A stretch of DNA of 62,751 bases, counting the filler, from Choristocarpus tenellus KU-1152 (Eukaryota > Protista > Phaeophyceae), in assembly GCA_964200185.2 (NCBI GenBank). It is 13 parts of 13 records of this genome, joined end to end, with 100 filler letters (N's around TTAATTAATTAA, not from the genome) between each part and the next. Parts side by side here need not be neighbours in the genome. Positions count along the whole stretch, not along the records: positions 52,105 to 55,264 come from CAXNAD020021869.1; positions 55,365 to 59,393 come from CAXNAD020016592.1; positions 59,494 to 62,751 come from CAXNAD020021216.1; 10 more parts are not named here. One strand, written 5' to 3'. Positions 52,940-62,751 of this stretch are shown here, in pieces. How positions within the stretch are numbered: position 1 is the stretch's first letter; every line of letters begins with the position of its first letter. A program made the translations under genes and the position numbers. Below the pieces are notes generated by a model. That model worked only from the letters and a program-made list of their open reading frames with translations, was not told the DNA's origin and searched no databases.

Positions 52940-55225
52940 AGTTCACAGCCCTTGTCTCAGGAAGGTGCTAACCCAACGGCTGCCCGTACTGTAGCTTGCC
53001 AGCTGGAAGGCTTTCTTCTCAAATCCAGTCCGCGAACCTTGCATTGAGTTGGGTAGACAGGAACCGCGTGCCAGAGTTGAAGGGAGTGCAGGTTTTGGTG
53101 ATGCGATGTCTCTCATTGCTAGTGTAGAGAGGAGGAAGCATGTGTTGACTATGTCCTGGCTGTACTGCCCACGCCCGAGTCTGTATTGATGAGTGCCAAC
53201 CTTCATGGTTGTCTTGTTTCTGAGTTGGTACCAGCCCCGTAGTCTTATGCTGAGGCTCAAATGTCTGAATAGTGGCCAGTGTATGGGAACAGGCTATATC
53301 TAGGGAGTTGGTTGGTTTATTGGATATAGGCACCTTCAGTGTTGCAGATGTACCCTCGGAGTGCAAGGCTATTGGTTCCAAGTGGGTGTTTGAATGGAAC
53401 GGTGACTGTTTTGGGATGTTCGGTGGGTCTAAGGCTTGGCTAGTTTCTCAAGAGTTTGTGCAGGGATATGGCGTTGGTTATTTTAAAAACTCTGCCCCCA
53501 TACCTTCCGCCTCATCGGTTAGGCCAATGGCCAGTATGGTCTGTGAGTTGGACCTGAGGATGTGGCACCTAGATGTGGAGCAGGCCTTTGTTCAATCTGA
53601 CATGAATGAGGAAGTGCACATGCGACTCCGACACAGGGATGTGGAGATCTGGCTCAAAGTATCTGGGGAGGGAGGGGGGGGGTCTACACCAGGGTGTTCA
53701 TTTGGACCCTGACCAGGAAACGTACACTTACATTATCCATCCGACACATGCAATCCAAATAACCCAAACATTGCGACATGGAAAAATGGGTCCCCAATTG
53801 GACAGTCGCCACCACACCCTCAGATACTATGAGCCATCTCTCCTATACGAGCACCATACGCCTTCACAGGTCCCTTTATGGTTTATAGCGAGCCTCCAGG
53901 ACTTGGAATGCTAAGCTGGTTTCCACCCTTAAGCGTTTTGTTCTTGAGCAGTGTCCGATTGACCCGTGAATATTTAGACTCAGGAGGGATGGCGTTGTCA
54001 AGATAATCCTTCCAGTTCATATGGATGACGCGATGGTTTTGACGTTTGGTGATTATTGCGATGATCTTTGTGCCTCCCTGGATGAAGAGTTCCCCACCAA
54101 AGCACCAAGATCCTTGGCTTGTAGTCTCAGTTTTTTGGTTGCACTTACACAAGAAATTGGAAGCGTGGTGCCCTCTACATTACCCAGACTAACTACATTG
54201 ACAGTTCGTGTGAACCTCTTTCCACCAAATCAACAAGTCCCACCACTACTGCCCCTTCCAGATATCTGGGAATTAGGGAGGGAGATATCATCCTGTCAGA
54301 GGAGTTCCCTTTTCGTGAGGCAGTTGGAGGGTTTGATGTGGTCAGTAACATGACCAGGCCACATGTGGCTAATGCAGTGAGAGCTGTAGCCCGTCACTCA
54401 CATGCTCCAAGTCGTTTCCACTGAAGAGCGGTGACCCAGATCCGCAAGTACCTCAAAGAATGTAATGTAGAGTTGGACTTAACATACGAGAAAGGAGCAG
54501 GACTGAGACCAGTGGCCTATGCTGATGCAGACTTTGGCCAAGGAGACTTTCGACAGACGTTCTGTATCAGGGGGGGCAGTGATGTGTGGAGGGGGAGCAG
54601 TAGCCTGGCTTTCTAAGACCGAGCGTATCATTTCACAGTCCGCTGCAGGGGCTGAGTACATAGCCATGGGGCACTGTGTAAAGGAGTTGTTTTTGAGGGA
54701 CGTGTTGGAATTTGTTCGACCTGATATTGCTGGTGTTATTTTATGTGATGTATGAGGACAACACAGGGGCCATCCATTTGGCAAACAACCCTTTGAGTTC
54801 TGGAAGGACCAAGCACATAGATTTACGACACCATTTCCTTAGGGACTTGGTGGCAAATCAGAAAATACAAATCATTCATGTTAACTTAGAGGAGCAGCAT
54901 GCAGATGTGCTGTCCAAGCCTCTAGCAGAGGAATATTTTTGGAAGCATGCAGGGACTTTGCTGAGTTTAGACTGTTTAGTGGTTTGTTTTTCGTTGGATT
55001 TTGAATTCTTCGTGTTCATTTGGATTTTCTTCTTCAGTGAGTTCAGTACCTGGTTGTGTCTAGAGACCGTTCATAGTTGTTTGAGCTAGGAGGGTGTTCG
55101 AATAGATATTTCCAACTGTAACGGATATTCCTAGCAGTATATACATGCAGAGTCAGAATACAAGAATTATTAGTTGTTAAAAATCCATAGTTGTTCTTGT
55201 ATATAAACGGATAGATAGGAATTGA
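52940..55225 (+). mobile_element. Decayed Ty1/copia LTR retrotransposon (RT, RNase H, PPT, start of 3' LTR)
   Basis: RT motifs WEQAISREL, KAIGSKWVF, HLDVEQAF, RSLYGL and VHMDD (YVDD site). RNase H motifs YADADF..RRSVSG, AEY, EDNTGAI, RTKHIDLRHHFLRD and ADVLSKPL. Multiple stops and frameshifts. Purine tract AGGAGGG at 55088-55094 is followed by TGTT at 55095. Confidence 0.92.
53651..53835 (-). mobile_element. MITE family B, copy 7 (complete, nested in copia RT)
   Basis: GGCTCAAAGTATCTG...CAGATACTATGAGCC. Perfect 4-bp TSD ATCT. Confidence 0.92.
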
Positions 55226-55264
55226 GGGTCAAAGTATCTGGGGGGGGGGAGTGGTTGTGAGGGG
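55226..55264. mobile_element. MITE family B, copy 8 (one end, at contig end)
   Basis: GGGTCAAAGTATCTGGGGGGGGGGAG before the linker. Confidence 0.7.
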
Positions 55265-55910
55265 NNNNNNNNNNNNNNNNNNNNNNNNNNNNNNNNNNNN
55301 NNNNNNNNTTAATTAATTAANNNNNNNNNNNNNNNNNNNNNNNNNNNNNNNNNNNNNNNNNNNNTGGGGTGGGTGGGGGGGGGGGGGGGGGGGGGGTTGC
55401 TGGTTTGCTCTTCCTAATAGAGTGAGGATGAGGTACATTCCGTTGGTAGTTCTGTTTGTGTTGTGTTGTGTTGTGTTGTGTTGTGACTGCTGATTTTTTC
55501 ATCCATGCCCTACCCCCTGCCCCAATGCCTTTGCGGTGGCACTGTGATTCTTAACTACATTTTTTTTTTAATTACGATTGAACGCTCTTTTCTGTCCAAG
55601 TGATGAAACGCCTGATTGGTGCTTGTATCTGCCGTAGAAGTTTATCATGAGAGCTATAGCAAAGACAGTGGTTAGTAACCATTCTCTCTGTGTCCTTAGG
55701 GGAAAATACATTTTTTTGGGGGGTGTCAGAGAGGAACGCCTTTCCTTGTAGCAAAACCTTCCGTCTGATTTCTGACTCCAGGGAATGAATGTCACTAGTA
55801 TCTACAGTGATTGCGACCATTCTTTCCCAAGGGTTTGACCCGTCTCTCTCTCTCAAAAGAGCTTTCCCGTTATTCCGTGTGCTTGAAACCTTAAGGCCAT
55901 TGTCAATCAG

Positions 55911-56077
55911 GTCTTCTTTCGACAGAAGTTACACATCATGGACGACAGCGCGCTTGAGGATGCTCAAGTCAGCCTGCAGAACATGCTCAGGGATTTCCTG
56001 GAAGACACGGGTGGGGATATTCCAGAAGAAGAGAGGTAGGTAGGTGGTTTGGGGGGGGGGGGGGGGGGGGGGGGGGT

Positions 56078-56113
<36 letters not shown>

Positions 56114-56203
56114 GTGTTTTTTTTGTTTTTGTTTTTTTTTTTTTTTTTTTGTCCACCGCCACCGCCCGTCCCCCCCCCTCTCGCTGCCGTGGGGGGGGGG
56201 GGT

Positions 56204-56241
<38 letters not shown>

Positions 56242-58055
56242 GTATAATTTTTTATTGATTTTTTTTTATTGTCCCATCTGTATTAGCGTCTTGATCGATG
56301 ATTTGTGTATGCCTCTGTAGAAGGTGGAATTATTCAAAATGGAACAACACTTTTTTTTTTTCCCCTTCAATGTATGTACTAGTATGTAACTGTACTTTCA
56401 TTTTTTGCTCGGTGAGGGTTATAGAGCCAGTGATGACATCCCTAACCCTAACCCTGTATGTAAGAGTACATTATTATTATTATTATTATTATTTTTGTTA
56501 TCTTTAGCCTGGAGTCTCGGAACCTTTCCTGTCGCACACCCGTAGGGCACAATCAGTTATGGCAATGGACATGTCTGTGGTTAGCAGAGAGTTGGAAAGG
56601 GCGTCCCCACAGACACTGAGGGCTACAGTCTCCGGCAAGATACCCCGCATGCTTCTTATCCAGGTAACTTCAAATAGGGGCGGGGGCGGGAGGGGGGGGG
56701 GGGATATCTACCAAGAACTGGCTCTTTTTGATTATTAGAAAAGGTTCTAAACCTTGTATCCCTAACCCTAACCCTTAGTTCTGTGTCGAGAAATCGTGTT
56801 TCTTTTCCGGAGAGGTTCTGCCTCCTGTAGTGGACGCAGTGGTCGCTCTTGCATGATACAACTCAAAATGCTTTAGCTTGGTTAAAGAACAACGCACTTT
56901 CCTGAAAAATGTTTTTATTTGTATTATTAAAAAATATTGCACTGGCTCTATTTACAGAATGGCAGATGTCGTAGGTTGAAGGGGGCCTTGAGTGTATTTG
57001 GTAGACAATGGATTGCATGTATGTATATACCTTTTTTTGTACAATTTTTATTATTTCTTTTGATAAATTTCTCACACCGTTCTCTCTTTTTCTTCTTTTT
57101 TTTGGAAGGAGATCGTGAAGGTGTGAAAGAACAATTGTACCCAAAGCGGACCATGTCACGGAATAATAATTTTAAATGTAGCAAATTTGGAACCAGCCAT
57201 TGTTCCAGACAACTAGACATTATAGAAGGTCGTACACTATCATGGGTCAGATTTGACCGGATGTTCTAGGGCGATTGTATCACTATTGATATCATTGAAA
57301 GTTACATATTAAGTGTAGTTGGAAGGTCTGATGAGACTGTATCACTGTTGATATCATTGAATGTTACAAATTAAGTGTAGTTGGAAGGTCTGGTGAGACT
57401 GTATCACTGTTGATATCATTGAATGTTACAAATTAAGTGTAGTTGGAAGGTCTGGTGCGTAGGTAAGTGCACTGAGTGGTTGATGTCTATTGATGTCTAT
57501 TGATGTATCTTGATGTATCTTGATGTCTTTATCTACCCCTCTGGTGGTCCTCTTCTTCTAAGTGTTTCCCCTCTGCTGTCTGCTCCTGTTGTGATTCTGA
57601 GTTAGTGAGATATGTACACACCTGCTTGGTTGGCAACATGGTATGCCTGCGTAATAAGCAGTTGACATTTTAGGGTGTATCTTTTGCTTTTAATGGATCG
57701 ACTTTGTAACTGCAATACCAACACACTGACACACAATACCTCAATTGGTAGAATCAAGGGATTTCCTGTACTGGTTGGTGTTGGTCAGCAGCATGGTATG
57801 AATGTGCAAGAAATTGTTGTGGATGTTTTGGGCGTACCTTATATTGTCAGTGGCTTGATTTGTACCATTTCACACACCTGACGCTTTTTTATTTAGTGAA
57901 GATCGAGGTTTTTGTGTATTATTTTTTATTTATTTGGTGGTACAAGAAAAACAACAACAACAAGTGTTGATGTTTTCAAAGCATGAATGGCGTTTTCTGT
58001 TACATTGTGAAGTAGAAATAAATCTCTCTCTCACTCTCTCTCTCACTCTCTCTCA

Positions 58056-58086
<31 letters not shown>

Positions 58087-59366
58087 TCTCTCACTCTCAC
58101 TCTCTCACTCTCACTCTCACTCTCTCTCTCACTCTCACTCTCACTCTCTCTCTTTGTCGTAGGTTGCATGTATTTGATTTTGAGATATTGAAAAAATAGG
58201 ATGGAGTTTAGGTGAAGAGTGCCTATCATGCTGGTGGTATTGTGGTAAGTTACTCTACAACAGGAGCAGTAGTCTCATAGTTAAGCCTATATCTATTGAA
58301 TTGAATTGTGGTAGTCTGTCTCTTCTTTTGTGTTTCTATTGATGACATTGTCGGACTGTGAAATATCAGGTGGCTTTTCTCAAGAAGGAGCTCCTGCAGG
58401 CGATGGGGGCCATCGATGAGCTCTTCAGCACCACCCAGGCAAGTGCATCCATCAGCCCTCCTCCTCCAAGTATAGTGCTGTACATTACTACAGTAGAGCT
58501 TCCGATTGTAACAGGGTCTCATTTGGGAACGTTCTGAACCTTTTCCTGGTGTCCTGAATGTGTGAATGTGCATCTGACGTGTAACAAGTTCCTTTTTTTT
58601 AGTTGTCCATTTAAATATGGGGCATTGTGCTATTTGTTTATTGTTTGTTTGGGGGGAGAAGGATCCTTCCTGCTCTTGTTGGGAGTCATTTTCTTTTTAA
58701 AATCTGACTTTTTTGTTTTTTTGTGTATGTATTTTTGGAGTTGGTTTTACATTTGGAGAGTGATGTGCATTGTATTTCCAATGGCAAGAACTCAATTGAC
58801 ATGCCTTTTCCCGTTTGTGTTGACTCTGAACTTATCATCTGAACTTATCATCTGAACTTATCATCCGAACTTATCATCCGAACTTATCATACAACTTGCT
58901 AGGGTAAACAAAATGCCTCACAGGCTTTGTCGGCAAGGACAGGGAAGGGTGGAAAAGGATACTTGTTGGGGTCTTTTGTTATCCTTTGTCCTGTGGGGTA
59001 ATGTTATGTATCTACCTCAAGAACACTCCACCTGCAACAAGAACAGATCCATGCCCATGACAATCAGTCGCACCATGTGTCCTCAAAGGCACATTATTTC
59101 CGGTCCACATGTGTCAGAAGGGGTGTATGTGATAGATAGTCCCTCTGACCAACGCTCACTTTTGTGATGCCACTTCTCCTCTCCCTTCAGGTCATCCTGC
59201 AGCTCATCTCAGCAGTACCTGCAGGCCTTGCCCTCTTCATTGCATACAGGTTCTTGAGATCAGTTATCAATGCAATTGTGTCCCAGCGACTGGAGCCTAC
59301 CAGGATAATCCATGGAGAGATGCGCCGCTGTGTGAGGGAAGTGGAACGCCTCCTTACCTCCAGCAG
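55911..59366 (+). CDS. NCA2: NCA2/DGS1-like (nuclear control of ATPase 2 family) protein (partial, spliced)
   Basis: In-phase exons 55911-56035 (SLQNMLRDF), 56546-56663 (DMSVVSRELE...VSGKIPRMLLIQ), 58370-58438 (VAFLKKELLQAMGAIDELF) and 59191-~59366 (LISAVPA...REVERLL). These match the NCA2 pattern SL..ML.DF / G.L.R.LLIQVQ..K....AM..ID.L. Confidence 0.82.
57277..57457. repeat. 62-bp tandem repeat, ~3 copies (intronic)
   Basis: Units start at 57277, 57339 and 57401: GTATCACTGTTGATATCATTGAATGTTACAAATTAAGTGTAGTTGGAAGGTCTGGTGAGACT. Confidence 0.93.
58023..58153. repeat. (CT)n/(CTCTCA)n microsatellite
   Basis: Directly visible compound microsatellite. Confidence 0.95.
58825..58889. repeat. 13-bp tandem repeat, 5 copies
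   Basis: TC(T/C)GAACTTATCA x5. Confidence 0.93.
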
Positions 59367-59659
59367 GTTCAGTTTGTGGGGGGGGGGGGGGGGNNNNNNN
59401 NNNNNNNNNNNNNNNNNNNNNNNNNNNNNNNNNNNNNTTAATTAATTAANNNNNNNNNNNNNNNNNNNNNNNNNNNNNNNNNNNNNNNNNNNNGCGTTTT
59501 GTATATTTTAAGAATAATAGCTATGTACGGGTATTTGCCCCCCCCCCCCCCCCCCCCTTCCCTGCATGGAAGTGAGCACATCATTCTCAAGGGCGTGGTT
59601 GAGAAATGGTGATTGATTGAGAAATTCAGTTGGTGGACTACTACCATAAATAATAATAA

Positions 59660-59691
<32 letters not shown>

Positions 59692-60733
59692 TTATATATA
59701 TCTTTAAGATATGATGTGGACGGACATCTGTGGGTAGAGCCTTTGAGTTCAGTGTGCAATGTTCCCCCTAAGAAAATCAAAATACGATTTATCCTGTCTT
59801 CTTTTTCACTATAATGAAATTGATCCAAATTTGTTGGTCGATACATTTTTGACTGTTTATTTTTATTTTTAGTTGACGGATTCGTTTTTCAAATGTGCCA
59901 TTTTCGAATTTGAAATGATTTTTTGGAGAAAAAAAAAATGTAAGTTACGGAAATGATCGCTTTTTGTCTATCGTGTGTTTTTTTTGTAAGGGTGCATAGA
60001 AGTCGTGATTTTTTTTCCTTTTATTTCTGAACTTTTCTTTTTTTATACGAGTTGAACCTCTAAATTTGTGTTTCATATAATGAGAATCGCTTGAATTTGA
60101 TTAGATACGGGTGGTCAGCTCTCTTCTCATCCAAATCAGCAGATACTAGCTCTACCCCTAGACTACCCTGCACACCTCCTGGTTCATGCAGTCATTTAAT
60201 AACATGCACTGTAGTAAGTAGTATTTATATACCGTGACACTTGGTAGTCGATTTGAAATTCTGGGAAGAGTATTATCAAAATTAAGAAATTATTCCGCAA
60301 GCACCAGACGTGAAGTATCCTGGTCGAAGGGGGGGGAGGGTACCATTGAGATCAGAAGGGGCCTCTGTGTCTGCCCTCTGAATTTGATGTTCTAAAAAGT
60401 CTTTCCCTTGATCTGCACACTCCTTCCACATCTATCCGCTGACTCCTGACAGGGGCTATCTGCTTTTAGACTGTGTGGAAACAGGTTGTTGAAAATGACT
60501 TCTTTTTTTTAAACCCTTACTATCAAAAATGGCCATAATCTCCCCTCCCCCTCCCCCTCCTCCTCCCCCTCACTCTAGAGGACTTGTGCATGATGTATGT
60601 GGTTGCCATGATGAGAAACAAGTGGTACCTCTGATGAGAAACTGTTAGGATGTGCAGCGCGACCTGGAAAGTCCTCCCCGCTCCCCCCAATAAAATGATT
60701 TTTTTATTTTCCTTCTCACAAGTGGGCAACTAT

Positions 60734-60771
<38 letters not shown>

Positions 60772-61196
60772 GTATATATATATCTTATTGCCTTCTTGGA
60801 CAAGAAGGGAAGACTGCTTATGTACTGTGCAGTGTACGCAGCAACCACTGTGTTGTGTACTGGTCCAGCGTTCACTCTTTTTTGGGGCATTGAAAAAACG
60901 CCTCTCTATTCACTAGGAAAGAAAATATATATACATGTATTATGTGTGTAATGTGGACTCTCTCTCTCTCTCTCTACTTTTTTTTCTTTCTCGTGTGCAT
61001 AATAATAATAATAATAATCAGTTGGGAAGAAGTTGAGTTTGTTATTATTTGTTCATACTACCGCGGTTTTTAAAACAAAGAAAAAAGAAAGGAATGGAAA
61101 TCTCGCTCGACAGACCTCTTACCTAAATATGCCGGTAGCCTCTCTGCTGGTTTTAGAATACAACCTTGCACCTCTCTGCACCTGTAGTTTCACCTG

Positions 61197-61234
<38 letters not shown>

Positions 61235-61420
61235 CCCCCCCCCCCCCCCCCCCCCCCCCTCCCCCCCCACCAGCTGGATNNNNNNNNNNCCTCTCTGCTG
61301 GTTTTAGATTACAACCTTGCACCCCTCTGCCCCTGTAGTTTCACCTGCTGCCCCCCCCCCCCTCCCCCCCCCCTTGGCGTTATCACGCCCCTGCACATCA
61401 TGCCTTTTTGAAAAGCAAAG

Positions 61421-62528
<1,108 letters not shown>

Positions 62529-62751
62529 TGATGTGGTGCAGTGGTGCTCTTACGGTAGCAGCACGTGCTTATTGTGGTGTAGTAGTGCCCCTTTTTTTGT
62601 ACCCTCAGTGCGTGTTTGGTAGGTGTTTAGGTTTTGGTTAAATGCTGCAGGGCGTATGCTGTTGGTGGTGGTGGTGGTGGTGGTGGTGGTGGTGGTGGTG
62701 GTGGTGGTGGAGGTAGTATGCGTGGGCATTCTGTTTTTGTGTATCTTTTGG

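Noticed and set aside
7094-59493. Regularly recurring palindromic TTAATTAATTAA blocks, considered as a CRISPR-like or regulatory array
   Set aside because: Always embedded in exactly 44+44 N; this is an artificial six-frame-stop linker.
59700-60110. AT-rich tract that looks like a non-autonomous transposon
   Set aside because: No TIR, TSD or second copy could be demonstrated in the window.
61139-61372. Direct duplication of ~60 bp plus poly-C across a 10-N gap
   Set aside because: Same gap-flanking pattern. It cannot be distinguished from misassembly or a collapsed minisatellite.

Overview
This is intron-rich eukaryotic nuclear DNA. Gene content and style suggest a stramenopile, probably a brown alga or relative; that assignment is inference. 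The window is not one locus. It consists of 13 short contigs joined by identical 100-bp artificial linkers (44 N + TTAATTAATTAA + 44 N), so adjacency across linkers has no biological meaning. Recognisable genes are all partial and spliced: an RME-8/DNAJC13-like C-terminal region, an ATAD3-like AAA ATPase, an MFSD6-like transporter, a TVP38/TMEM64 (DedA) protein, an NRPS-like adenylation-thiolation module, a focadhesin/RST1-like protein, an NCA2/DGS1-like protein with a GC-AG intron, and GAPDH. The mobile DNA comprises a decayed Ty1/copia pol, a 3' fragment of a restriction-like-endonuclease non-LTR element, a possible decayed CACTA/Plavaka-like transposase, and 16 copies of two related MITE families. 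The two MITE families share termini and a subterminal motif and make 4-bp target-site duplications. A third short dispersed repeat is unclassified. I found no rRNA, tRNA or CRISPR. The best leads are the MITE pair and the NRPS-like module. I cannot support a claim of a new multi-gene system from this window.
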